Part shown: positions 50,056 to 63,212 of the stretch, piece by piece
How the letters are laid out: the number at the start of each line of letters is the position of its first letter
Position numbering within the stretch: the stretch's first letter is position 1
Assembly (NCBI RefSeq): GCF_018977255.1
Contig: NW_024704743.1
Span: forward strand, 11,844,001 to 11,908,000
From: Callorhinchus milii
Taxonomy: Eukaryota
Reading direction: 5' to 3'
Length of the DNA stretch: 64,000 bases
Program-made: the position numbers and the translations under genes
The notes under the pieces: generated by a model
The model's input: only the letters and a program-made list of their open reading frames with translations
Database searches by the model: none
Told to the model about the DNA's origin: nothing

Positions 50056-50332
50056 GTGAGTTTTCTTGAATTAAAATGTGCATATATTTTTTTATATACA
50101 AACCGTTTAATTGAATTGAATCTTGTAACGTTTTATACCAGATGCAAAAACCTCTTTTGAGGGGGACGTGTGGATTCTTTTTGCATTCTAGGATTTAAAA
50201 GGTGAGTTTTCTTGAATTCAAATGTGTGTGTGTGTGTATATATTTAAAAGTTTAATTTAATTTAATCGTGTAACATTTTATAAGATGCAAAAATGTCCCC
50301 CCTTTTGTGGTGGGGTGTGTGGATTGTTTTTG
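50040..50332 (+). repeat. Diverged two-copy tandem duplication, period 146 bp, containing the splice donor
   Basis: TTCTAGGATTTA[G/A]AAGGTGAGTTTTCTTGAATT at 50040 and 50186, with colinear similarity afterwards. Confidence 0.9.
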
Positions 50333-51984
50333 TGGCACTGTGTGTGTCTCTCTGCTGTTAATACTCACTCCTATCAGTGAAAAGCTTTTCAGACCCTGGA
50401 AGAAGCGGTAGGTCGGCGCCATTGTGTAACTTGCTCAGTCATGGTTTGCAGGAGAGATTTAAACAAGCCTTTCTACAGCCACGCTGAACACCCCAGATTG
50501 GTAAATAACTTGCAATTAAACATTGAAAAAATATTGTTATTGTTCTTTCAATATCACACATGAACCAAAATACAAGCAAAAAGGCACCTCCATTAACACG
50601 CACAATGCTTAATGTGTGCGAGCAGACCAGAGCTTATTACTGTGTGTGTATTTAAAATGTTGAGAGCAAATGAAAACACACACATAGCGTTGGAGACAAA
50701 GCCAGGAGCTTGTATGGTAAACTCGTATGGCAACTTTATTCCACGATTTATAGGGGATCCGAGGCGATTACATGTTTGATAGGGATATGCATTCATGTTT
50801 TTCTTTATAAAAGGGTTTTTGTGTGGTTCAGTTACCCAGGGATTGGATTGGAAGGGGAGTGTGGAGAGTGAGAGAGCCCTTTGCCTTTTGGTCTGAAGTC
50901 CTCTGTGTGGCTGCTAACTCTTTTGAAGGTGTTAAATATCCCATTCAGTCATGTCATGGCAGATTCCAGAGTTTGTTTTATTTTACAAATATACTATTAA
51001 ACTTTTCATTCCTGCTGAGCAAAACAACCAAACANTTTTTTGTCAATTTCAAAAGTGATAAGTTGCCCTGGAGAAAGTCAGTTCTTGCAACAGAAACAAT
51101 TAAATATTGCTTGTTTGTGAGATTCAAGAGATCCACATTGATTAAGTTGTTTCTTGGGGAGGGGATGGATGGGGGTGCTGGTCAGCAACATTAAGTGTTG
51201 TGTAAGGCATTGTGGAATAAGAGAATTGATTTAACTTTTTTTCTCTCTCTTTCTTTACCCCCCCACCACCACACACACTCACAGTGTGTGTTGAGTGCCT
51301 GGCATCAGCCCCATATCATTTAGTAACCTGTCATTTCTTCTCAGCGACACAGTGTTACAACAGTGTCAGTGTTGCATCGACCTACAATCAACGCCATTCT
51401 CTCCAGCAATTGATACATTCTTAAGTAAATAAATAACTCGTACCTTTTAAGTCTTTTTAAAAAAAGTTGGCCTGTTTGTTTGTGTGATCTTGAAAGTCAT
51501 GCAAAGTGCCACAACTGCAATCATTTCGCCGACCCACCCTGAAAAAAAGGGTTTGAGTTGCTAAAGTGTGGGACTTTTTAAAAAACGAAACTATTGAAAT
51601 TATCAGCAATTTAACAAACTAATTAAATTGGCAATTGGTTGCTGCTGTTCGCCCACAGAATATAGACACTTCACTTTACAGGATATTCTGTGAAGCGCTT
51701 TGAGACGTCTCGATGATGTGATAAACCGCTATATCAAATGCAAGGATTATTATTATCGTTATTAAATTATCGATATGCTTGTTAGAAGCAGCTTTATCTT
51801 TTAGACCCAAAGTTGATAAGTCCGTGGGCCTGGTAGCTGTAATATTTTAATAACTATTGTTAAACAGATACAACAATTGTATTATATGTTTTTATTATTT
51901 TATATATTAAGTATTGTTATGATTCAAGTGGTCACATATGCCTTCCCCCCCTCCCCCACACACACACATCCATCCATCCATCCA

Positions 51985-53140
51985 TCCAACATAGCACCCT
52001 CCACACAGGATAGTGTCTCAGAGCGCTTAAGGTATGATTGGAGGTGGGCAATGTGGCGGAAGTGGAAGAAGGCAGTCCTGGTCAGGGACCGGATGTGGGA
52101 GAGCAAGGATACCTGGGAGTCGAACCAGATGCCTTGGTTGTGCATTGGTTTGGTGAATCTGAGGGAGAGCCCAGGGAGATTGAGGAGTTTGAGGAACCGC
52201 AGGAGTGAAGCTGTTGTTGGGAGCCAAGGAGTATGGATTTGTCTTGTCCATATTCAGCTGCAGGAAGTTTGCACTCATTCAGGCCTTGATGTCTGCCAGA
52301 CAAGCTGATAGAACATCGGTGGACCTGGAGTTGGTATTGGAGGAAGCAAAGTAGATTTGTGTGTCATCCGCAAACATGTGGAAGTTTACCCCGTGTCTGC
52401 GATGACATCACCATGAGGGAGCATATAGATAAGGAAAAGCAGAGGGCCAAGGATGGAGCCCTGGGGTACTCCGCAGGTGATCGGGCGGGGGCGAGAGGAG
52501 AAACCATTTGCTGAGATGAAATGGAGGCGGTTGGTTCAGTAGCACTCGAACCATGCGAGTACGGTCCCACTAAGGTAGATGAGGGAGGAGAGCCGATGGG
52601 GGAGGATGGCGTGGTTGACTGTATCAAACGCAGCAGAGAGATCCAGGAGGACGAGGAGGCAGAGGGTGCCCTGGTCAGAGATAGAAAAAATGTCGTTTGT
52701 GACTTTAACAAGTGCTGTCTCTGTGCTGTGGCCAGGGCCAAAACCAGACTGCGGGGGCTTGAGGAGGCAGTGGAGGGAGGGTGTGACCGAAGTTGACCTG
52801 CAACAATGCGTTCCAGGACTTTGGCAAGGAATGGCAGGTTGGAGATGGGACGGTAGTGTGAGAGATTAGAGGGATCGAGGGTGGGTTTTTTGAGGAGGGG
52901 TGTGATGACAGCGGTTTTCAGGGGGAGTGGAACAGAGCCTGAGGAGAGAAACTGGTTGACCGTGTCGGCCACAGAGGGGAGAGAAGGGGGAGTTGAGTGA
53001 CCAGCAACTGGGTGGGGAAAGGATCGAGGCAGCAGGTGGGGAACTTCATCCAGGTGATTGTGGTTGAGAGGGAGGAGGGAGAAATGGGCGCAAAGGAGTG
53101 TAAGGAGGGAGGAGTGGCAGGAGCTGTGGCGGAGGGAGAA
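51985..53140 (-). mobile_element. Older L2 with RT domain, internally deleted
   Basis: [47 protein letters not shown] region at about 52360-52390. Confidence 0.88.
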
Positions 53141-54849
53141 GGCGGTATGGATATATATTTCTCTCTCTATATATAATATATATATACACACACAGTATTT
53201 AATAATAATAATCCTTGCATTTGATGTAACGCCTCATAAGTCGCTATATCAAATTAAGTATTGTTATTATCACATCTTTGAGATATCACAAAATATTGGC
53301 CACAAAATATACAGTCAATTCACTTTACAGCATATTCTGTGAAGCGCTTTGAGACGTCTAGAAGATGTGAAAAGTATGATATCAAATGCAAGGATTATTA
53401 TTATTATATCTGAAAATGCTTCACAGAATGTATTGACCATATTTTGTGGGCTATAATATAAATATATTTGATATATAAAAGCATACTGGGACCCTACCCT
53501 GCATGATATAGATATATAGAGATATATATTATATATATGTTTAAAACACACCCTTGCTTTGTCCCGTTTAATACGGTTACAAATAGACCTATCCACTTCT
53601 GAACACAGGCTGGAAAAGAGGTGTGTGTAGATATTGGCTAGATGAATATACTGCGACCATCGATGACTGTTGTTCGTCCAATTTTGAGATTTTTAATAGT
53701 AATTCTCAGTCAATTGTTTATGACAGTCTGGTTCAGTTGGTAGCACTCTCACATCTGAGTCAGAAGGTTGTGAGTTCCACGTCACAATTTGGAACTCACA
53801 TAGTCCAGGTTGAAACCCCAGTGCAGTGCTGGGGATGTGTTGGCATTGTTGAAGATGTTAAACTGATGAGCTATCTTTGTGTCTGTTTGGGTGGGTGTTA
53901 AAGATCCAATGCAATATGCTACCTTTTCCAATTGATGACATTTTCTGTGTTAAAAAAAATAGTTAATGGGTAGGCCTGAGACATTGAAAAATGTTAAGTG
54001 TTTTACAAAAGTGAGATCTTATGATATGCAGCCCTGATAATAGTCTGCAGGGAAGGGTTGGGGGGGGATGGGGTTTGTTTATAGTCTTTAGTTCCCAATG
54101 GTTCAGGATTTGATGTTAGCAGTTCCTGTTTATAACCTATCACTCCTCACTCTCAGCTTCCCCACCTCCCCACCCTGATCCACACACCTCACGCATATTA
54201 AACATTTCTGCTTTGATGTTCTATTTGGGGTTTTGCTAGCCATAAAATATGCAGTACTTATATTTGTATTATAGTGATAATCCTTGTGTTTGATGCAACG
54301 CCTTTCAAGTTGGGAGGACGTCTTGAAGCACTTCACAGGATTTTGCTCACAAAATATACAGTCAAGTAACTTTACAGTCTATTCTGTGAAACGCTTTGAG
54401 ACGTTTTGAAGACGTGATAAGGCACTATGTCAAATGCAAGGATTAATATTATTTACTGTAGCATTATAATCTGTAGGTGAATGGCTACTATATATATATT
54501 TTTTAAAAAGCTACACCAATATGGTTTGTAAGCTACATATTAATTAAATGCTGGTGTTTAACATGATTTACAACATAGATTTCTGGTGTCCATATTTGCG
54601 TGCGATTTACTGAAGCATCTGCCAGTAACTAACCATGCCTTAAAATCGTACAGAAAACAATTCCCAGCATGATGCTTAAATTGTCAGATGGCAATATACG
54701 CATCCTGGAAAGGTCCACCAATTTGATTCGGGGAGGGGGTGGGGGTGATCACCATATTAATTCTGACGATTTGGCAGCTGGTGATGTTATCATCGTGACG
54801 AGTGCAGTGGAATACAATTCAGCATTTACATTGTACTGGGTATCACATG

Positions 54850-55170
54850 ATCAATTTGGATGAAGATGGCTCTTCGGCCTATCTGATTTCATCCTTTTAA
54901 AACACCCACCTTACAATCCCCTCCCCCCGGCATCAGGCTGATTGAATCCAGTGTCCTGGCTCTACCATTTTTCCTGGCAACCTGTTCTGGTCGTTAGTTA
55001 TCCTGTGGGTAAAGAAAATCTTCCAGGTGTCTGTCCTGAAATTGTCCTTTGCAACTCTAAACCCATTTCTTGTTCCACACCTTCATTGCATCCTAAAGCA
55101 TTGATCTGGGTTTACTTTTTCAATCCCATTTAAATGTTATACACTTCTATGAGGTCTCCTCGTAGAGTCA
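54850..55170 (-). mobile_element. Old CR1 3' fragment
   Basis: Similar to 20790-21120. Confidence 0.65.
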
Positions 55171-56429
55171 TCAATAAAAACGTTTTGAATAACCCCTTAT
55201 TTTTTTAAATACGTATGCATTAAAGTTCCCTTGAAGTTCAGTGCTTTGAGTTGATTTTTTTTAAAAAGTTAACTAGATGGCATAGATATAATTTCAAAAT
55301 ACAAAGGAAGAGGTTAGGAGAATTTTTATTATACACTCGGGTATGCACAGTCTTATTAGGATATGACGTGCCCTATCGAAACAGTAGTTGAAACCAAATC
55401 TATTCCACGTTTTTTTTAAAAAAAGGGAAAGAGTCGCGCCTGAAGACCAACTCCCCACCCCCTGGCGTGGCATTGCGTCACTATCGAGCCCTCTGAGACA
55501 CTGTCTGCATGAGGAGTGCTATATACATGCAAGTTGTTGTAGTTGGAGTCAGCGTGGCACTGCTGGAGGTACTTGACCTTGGATGAACCATTAAACTGAG
55601 GTCCTATCTGCCTGATCAGATGTACATTAAAGATCCCATGGCACCACTTGAAAAGAGAAGAAAGTTTACTATACATGAAAATGCAAGGATTAAAGTGCTT
55701 TGAGATGGTACGTCACATGAAAACTGCTGTATAAATGCAAGTTGTTGTAATTGTCAGTGGAGTAGGCAGCAGCTAAAGAGACATCTCCCAGGGATTGGAG
55801 AAACAGGTGTTTCTCATGTTTCTTCAGTATCTTCAGTATGTGGGGGCTGGCAGTTGCTTTCCCTTGACTCCCCTTTGAATGTTTGCAAAGAAGAGTGGGG
55901 AGCTGTGGATCTGACCAAAACTGTACAATACGTGTTTATTTAGTGCTTTTCACTTCTGGAGGACATCTCAAAGCACTTCACAGTTATTACGAAGACTTAC
56001 CACGAATGGCTTTTTATAATAATCCTATAATCCTTGCATTTGATATGGTGCCTTATCACGTTGTTGAGACGTCTCAAAGCGTATCACAGAATACTGTAAA
56101 GTGAATTGACTCCATATTTTGTGGGCGAATCACGGCAGCCCCGCCTGGGAATCGAACCCGGATCCTCTCGTTTGCAAGGCACGCATGCTAAACACTACGC
56201 TAAGGGATTCCACAATTTTTGTTGGTAGACATATGTATTCTTGCCCTGGTGGGGGGCAGGGATGGGGGCAGGGGAGGACAGGGGTTACACTGGGGGTACA
56301 CCAGAGGTGTACCAGAGGTATACCAGCGCTGGCCCAAATGGCTGGAGATCTGCCAGAAAACAGACACTCAGGATTAGTGTCCTGACTGCGGGGCTACAGG
56401 AGCTCATCATCTCCTGCCTCCCAGGGCTC

Positions 56430-56845
56430 AGCACCACACACCAAGCACAAGCACAGAGAAACACACAGAACAGAGAGAGACACACTCATCCACAGACACA
56501 CACAGACACAGCGAGACACGCACACTTACACATTTTCAGAGAGAGACACACACACACTCATAGACACAAAGAGACATAAGCACACACACACACACACTCA
56601 CACCGAGATACTTATAAACACACACCTATAGAAGAGACACACACAGACACACTCGCAAATACACACGCATTCACACAAGACACTCACAGAAGACACTCAC
56701 AAACAGACACGCACAAACAGACACTCATGCAGAGGAAAGAGATACACTCACACACACACACACACACACAGATATACTCACATAGAGACACTCACAAATA
56801 CATGGAGAGAGAGACACACAGACACTCGCTCACACACACACATAA
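56430..56845 (+). repeat. Degenerate (CA)n/(GA)n low-complexity tract
   Basis: Directly visible. Confidence 0.9.
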
Positions 56846-57548
56846 TCAGACGATCACCATGGTGGGGACTCCGAGTGAAATGGAGCCCATTTCCCGCCTG
56901 TGTCGCACCGCACATGTGTGCTACCAGTTCACCAACAAAAGACACAGTCACTACATTTTACAGCAAATCCTGTCAAGCGCTTTGAGACATCTCTCTGATG
57001 TGAAAGATGATACATCGAATATTAATTATTATTATATTTCAAGATCTTTATCGGTTATCCTACTTACAGCAAATGGATGTTCCTGTGTATGGCGTGTCAG
57101 TGAATCATAATTGCTTTTCTTCTCTCTGTACCTTTTGTTGCACAAGTCAAGTCACCTAAGTGCACTGCACCTACAATACCATTGTTCACTCTCTAGCCAG
57201 TTGTGCGAAGAGCTTGGAGACGTTCACCTGACGTGGAAGACTGTGTATAAATGTAGATTGTTGTTGCTCTTGGCAGTCTTTTACACATTTGATTTTGTTG
57301 TTGTTGTCCTTAGTTTCCTCTCCTGGGTGACTGCGACATTAAAGCCTCAGCTAGTGTCTCTCCTTTGTTCCCAATAAATGTTGCTTAGTTGACTGCTCAC
57401 CTTATCATTGACTGGATATGACAAACACAAATTAGCTGCTATTTTAACCTCTGTCACGTTTGTTATGTTGCAGCTTGCTGCTTTTTCATTTAATGAAGCA
57501 CTTTCGAGACTTCTTTTACACGATTGGCGCGCTGTAAGTGCAAGTTAG

Positions 57549-57945
57549 GTGTCAGCCTGGCTCAGTTGGTAGCACTTTCGCCCCTGAGATGGTTGTGGGT
57601 TCAAGCCCCACTTTGGGATGTTAAACTAACAAAGTCTCAATAGGTATTTCAGTGAAGTGTTAGGGGATCGCTGCATTGTAGGAGGAGCTGTACTACTGAT
57701 GAGCTGTTAAACTGAGCATCCGTCTGCCTGATCAGGTGGACGTTAAAGATCCTGTGGCACTGTTGGAAAAGAAAAGGGAGTTTCTCCTGGTGTCCTGGCC
57801 AACAACCCCCCAGATAAAATTAGTCATTCACTTCCTGACTGGTTGAGACATTGCTGTGTACAAATTAGCTGCTGCAATTGCCCTCAAAAAATGATAGAAT
57901 ATGTTGTGATGTGAAAGACTCAATATCAAATGCAAGGAATTTTAT
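57549..57945 (+). mobile_element. Full-length tRNA-derived Deu-type SINE (family B, SacSINE1-like)
   Basis: A box TGGCTCAGTTGG 57558-57569, B box GGTTCAAGCCC 57598-57608, CAGGTGGACGTTAAAGATCC and TTGCTGTGTACAAATTAGCTGC centre, tail shared with family A. Confidence 0.85.
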
Positions 57946-58719
57946 TGTAACTTGTTTGTCATACAATCCAAGTCAATATAATTTACACTTGCATAGGGCC
58001 TTTCATGTTGGGAGAATGTCTGAAAGCACTTGACACCGCTAGGGATGGGGAGGGGAAAGGCGACAGAAAGCATGGTCAAAGAAGTAAGTCTGGAGACGAA
58101 AGGATCTTCAATCAGGGGAGAGGGGCGCTTTTGCCGGGTGGGGGTGGGATGAGGACACTGCCTTGATGTTGTAATAGTGGCAAGCGAAACCTTGTGAAGT
58201 TGAATGTCTTAATGGTTCAGCGCCTTGGGACGTCCTCCCAATATGAAAGGCGCTATACAAATATCTTGTTGTTGTTGTTCTGCATTCAGCTATGTTCTAA
58301 TCATAACACAGCGGTCTGAGAGCTGATTAAAGCAGCAGACACAGTGGTTTACATCCCAAGGTCTAGGATGAAATTTGCTGGGTTGCTGTGTTATATTTTC
58401 AGCGTTGGGTTTGCTGTGGGATCAGAGCCTGTTAACGGCTGCTGTCTGTGAAACCGATCAGCTGACTTGCTCAGTGGGCTGTTGATCCTGATTTATGTGT
58501 ACTGTTTATTCGATTGTGAAAGATCTTGCCATCTGCTGGTGGGTGGGCTGGTTAACATCCTTCCCCCATTGCAATTGTGCCTAGGGGATAAACTGTGTTA
58601 AATATTAACTGCATCCCAAACCACGAGTGCCCAATGTTTTCCACTAACTGAAAGCACGACTTAATCTGGGTAACATTTTAGTCACCTTCCTGGGCCTCCA
58701 TTTGAATTCTGGGAAGAGA

Positions 58720-59062
58720 ATTGTGCAATAGGGCAATCGAACACACAGTTCACTCTCCCACAAACAGACATGAAGTGAATGACCAATTGTATTTGGGGGG
58801 TTGGAGGGGAGAGGGGTTGTTGGCCAAGAAACTGGGAGAGAGAAACTCCCTTCTCTTCGAACAGTGCCACCACCCAAACAGGAACAAGACAGGATCTTGG
58901 CTTAGTGTTATCCAAAGGCCGGCATTTCTGGCAATGCAGCCCTCACCACAGCACTGCACTCACTGGAGTGTCAGCATGGTGACCTCAAAGGCTCAACTTG
59001 GGGCTTGAAGCTAAAACCTTCAGACTCAGAGGCAAGAGTGCTCCCAACTGAGCCAGGCTGAC
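58720..59062 (-). mobile_element. Family B SINE
   Basis: Minus strand starts TGTCAGCCTGGCTCAGTTGG. Confidence 0.8.
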
Positions 59063-61159
59063 AATAGGGCAGTATTGGCAATCTTAGGGTGATATCGTGC
59101 TGTGAGTGTGAACCTTGCTTGCACCCGTTCCCGCATACTCAAGTAGCATCCTTCACACGGTGGGCAGCGATTTGAGGCACTTAACAGTGGCAGAGCTTGA
59201 CGCCCAGCTGGGGAGAGAGAGGAGGTGGCTGTCGGCACGGACATAGAGGAAGATCTGAAGACTGGGTACTCTCCTGGTGTGTTTGAGGTGAAAAGACAGA
59301 TCAATTAACTCAATGGATCAATGGAACAACAACAACTTGCATTTATATAGTGGCCTTCATGTGGGGTAGCGTCCTGGAGCGATTGATACAGCGGTCAATG
59401 TTAGAAACACTAGACTGAATTTCACTTTCAGCCAATGACATACAACCATGCCCATTAAAATAATAATAATAATCCTTGCAATTGATAAAGCCTTATCACT
59501 TCATTGAGACTTCTCAAAGAGCTTCACAGAATGGACTGTAAAGTGAATTGACTGTATATGTTGTGGGCGAATTGCGGCTGCCAAAGGCCTTGAAGTGAAT
59601 GACCAATTTTTATCTGGGGCATTGTTGGCCAGTACACCAGAGGAAACTTCCTTCATTTTTCTTTTAGTGCCATGGGATCTACGGCATCCACTTGAACAGG
59701 TACACAGGGCCTCAGTTTAACGTCTTATCTGAAGAACGGTCCTTTTGGCAATGTAGCAATCCTCCTCCCCCCACCCCTCCGCCAAGCACTGCACAGGCAC
59801 AGGATGGGAACTGCTTCAACCCCTCATCTGAAGGACGGCACCTCCCACCAGCATTGCCCTTGGCTCATACCGTACAATAGAACAGAGTATCGTGTATGCT
59901 GGGCTTATTTTACACACCGGAAAAGCTCTGTAACTCATTCATGTCCTTGGTGCTCTTTCTTCCACTTGTGAAACAAACCCTTTAGGACTTGGCTTCCCTG
60001 TTTATTGTATGAACACTTGTGTTGTTATGGACACTTTCCTGTGGATATTTTTTACACCCAACAGTCAGCTTAAGAAAAATCTTTACTCCCTGTAATGACA
60101 CAAAATAGCATGGGTGTCTGTGCAAGCTTAGATACTTTTGTTGTGCAACAATAAGACTGCAATTTATTCAATCCTGCAAAGGATTTTGAGATGTCCTCCT
60201 GGTGTGAAAGGTGCTGTATAATAATAATCCTTGCATTTGGTATTCAGTTGTATCACATCGTTGAGACGTCTCAAAGCGTTTCATAGAATATACTGTAATG
60301 TAGATTGACTGTATATTTTGTGGGAGAAATGTGGCAGCCAGTTGCGCACAGCAGGGTCCCACAAACAGTCGTGGACTGTGAGTGACCCAATTATTTGTTG
60401 TTTTTTGGGGGGAAATTATTACTCCTAGAAAGCCAATCGGTTAACAACCAGCTAGGAAAACAGGCACGTGGAGTAAGGAAACTTGCCTAAGGTTTCGCCC
60501 CGTCCAGGCATTCTATTAAATCTCCGCCTTCCTTTGTGTACCACTTCCTTATCACTACCAGTGCCTTAACAGAGTTTGAGAGGTTTTAGTATTTTGTGCC
60601 TTTTAACCTTTGGCCGGGTTCCGAGCTCCTGTTGCAGTGCTGATGATGACTCATTGAAGGGTGTTGCACCTCCTTCAAGGTATCATTACTGCAGGTTACT
60701 GGGAAGCAGATTATTGGGGTGGAATTGTACAAGGAAGTGACTCTGACCCCTAATGGAGTGGGAGTGATTAATCTCACCGAGATTGGTTGCCAGCACCAAT
60801 CTTTTTTTTATTTTAAATTCGAGTGTCAGCTGCAACCAGTCAAAGTGCAGCCCTGTCACATCAGGGTTAAAGTAATTACTGAAAGATTTGCGCATAGCTG
60901 TCCGCAGATTAAACTCAAATGCTAGATGGTTCCAGGTGTGGTTTTATTTGGCAGACACTTTGGTATTTTACTGTCAGTTCCAGATATATGGTTCTTGCTT
61001 AGGTGTCTGTAGGTAATGAGGGTTATTAGGGAATGGCAGGGAAATGGGATTAAAAGATCTACCGTGTGGGACAGACTCGATGAGCAGGAATAACCTCTTT
61101 CATTCCCTTTGTTCTCCCTGATCTCCTGAGCTCCACCATCCATAAACTCCAATTTACCC

Positions 61160-61870
61160 ACAACAACAATTTGCATTTATATAGCACCACTCATGCAGGG
61201 TAGCGTCCCAGAGCACTTGACAGTGGCGGAGCATGACGCCGAGCTGGAGGGAGGGAGGAGGTGACCTTAGGCATGGTTGAAGAGGGAGGTCTTCTGGTGC
61301 GACCTGGAGATGGGGAAGGATGGGACAAGTTGGAGGGATAGAGGAAAAGTGTTCCAGAGTTTTGGGGCACAGTGGTTGAAAGTGCGACTGCCAATGGTGG
61401 AACAGAGGGCACGCGGGACAAGAGGAAGGCCGAAGCCAGTCGAGCAAAGGCAATGGTAATGGGTTAAATGCAAAAATTTGCTGCCTGCATCCTTGCCCAC
61501 ACCAAGCCACACATGCCCATCACCCCAAGCCTTGTCAGGCTCCACTGTCTCTCCCAGTGGATTGGTTTTCAAGGTTCTTGCCCTCACTTATAAATCCCTT
61601 CAGTAACCTCTTACCAACATATCTTTCTGATCTTCGACCTGGCTCCTCTGATCGCCCCCTTCACTCGGCATACCTGGGTCTTCTACGCTTGTCCAAGCTT
61701 TCAGATTCTACACCCTAAACCTCTGGAACTCCCTCTGTCTCACCCCTCTCTATCTGTGTTTAAGTCCTGCCTTAAAACCTACCTCTTTGAGTGTGCCAGT
61801 GGTCACTTCCCCCACTCCTTCCCCTATCTGCTCAGTTGGTGTCCAACCCCATCTTCGTAAAGCGCTCAGA
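61160..61870. mobile_element. Two older L2 fragments in opposite orientations
   Basis: Minus copy with (AAC)n tail 61160-61460; degenerate plus copy about 61470-61870. Confidence 0.65.
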
Positions 61871-63212
61871 AATGTAAAGGCCTCATGAGAAGCCTTCGAG
61901 AAGGAACTTAGACAAATACCTTCAAAGAGTCGGCTTCAGGAGTATGGGGAAAGGTTAGGTAGGTTGGACTGAAAGATTGCTTTTGAGTGAGCCCACAGAT
62001 ACAATGGATATGTTCCTGTGGTGCTGTGAAGGACACTATATAAATGTAAGTTGTTTGTTGTCGAAACAATACCTTGCAATGATATTGTCACACGTAGAAA
62101 ATCCTGCAAGTCGATGGTAAATTGCAGGTTAGATGGTTGTAACCTGACACAATATTTTGTGATGTGAATTTCATTTTGCACAAGGGGAATGAAGATCCAG
62201 CAGCATCCCGGTAATACTAATAATAATCTTTGCATTTGATAGAGGGCAATATCATGTTGGTGAGACGTCCCACAGCACTTCACAGAATATATTGTAAAGT
62301 GGATACAATATATAGTTTGGGACATGACAAGTGACTGCCAGGATGGTGGAAGGCGAACTAGATGGACCTTGGCCTTCTTTCGCCTTGCAAATTCTTATGT
62401 TACGTTCTTATGGATTGGCTGTATTTTTTGGGTGAAACGCGGTAACCAATTGCACACAGCATTGCCCGACAAACAGTCATTGATTGAGTGACCACATTTT
62501 TTTTGGAGGGATTATTGGATGAGACTGTCATATTATTTGGTAACATCTTGGATGTGGCTTTCTTTATTCCAAGAAGGTCCAAGAAACCCAGTGGCTTTCC
62601 TTTGGTGGTTGCATGTTCTTTTAAGCTATGTCATAAGTGATGAGGAGGTGTTGAGTGCTGGTGGATAGGGGTGTGAGTTGGCTTTTTTCTTAAAATAAAA
62701 CTCTGTTCATCCACTTGTCTTAAAACTTACTTTGCTGACCACGGTTAAGGTCACTTTCCCCACCTTCTCCCTTGTTCTGTGTCCCTATCACTGTGAAGGG
62801 CTCAGACATTATTCTACATGAATTCTTGCTCCTGCTGTTAATGGCTTCAGATCCACTGCAACATTGCCTGCTCAGTTCTTTGTAAAACGCTTTGAGAGGT
62901 ATTTCCCAATGCCAAGCTCCCTGTATAAACGTAAATTACAGAAGGGAGTTTCTCCTGGTATTCTGGTCACCAACCCTCCAAATAAAGTCAGTCACTTGCT
63001 TCATGGCTGTTTGAGGGACGTTGCAATGTGCAAATTGGCTGCTGTATTTCCCAACAAAATACACTTTATGGTATATCCCGTGAAGCGCTTTGAGACGTCC
63101 TCCCATTGTGAAAGGTACTACACCGAAATGTATTGTAAGATTTATTAAATTATTGTTTGTTAACTCTGCAAGCGAAAGCCCTAATGAGTAGGTTGGTCCT
63201 AGTTGGACCAAT

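Noticed and set aside
51035..51035. Single N base
   Set aside because: Assembly ambiguity, no biological signal
56241..57110. His/Thr/Arg-rich ORFs
   Set aside because: Translation of a (CA)n/(GA)n tract
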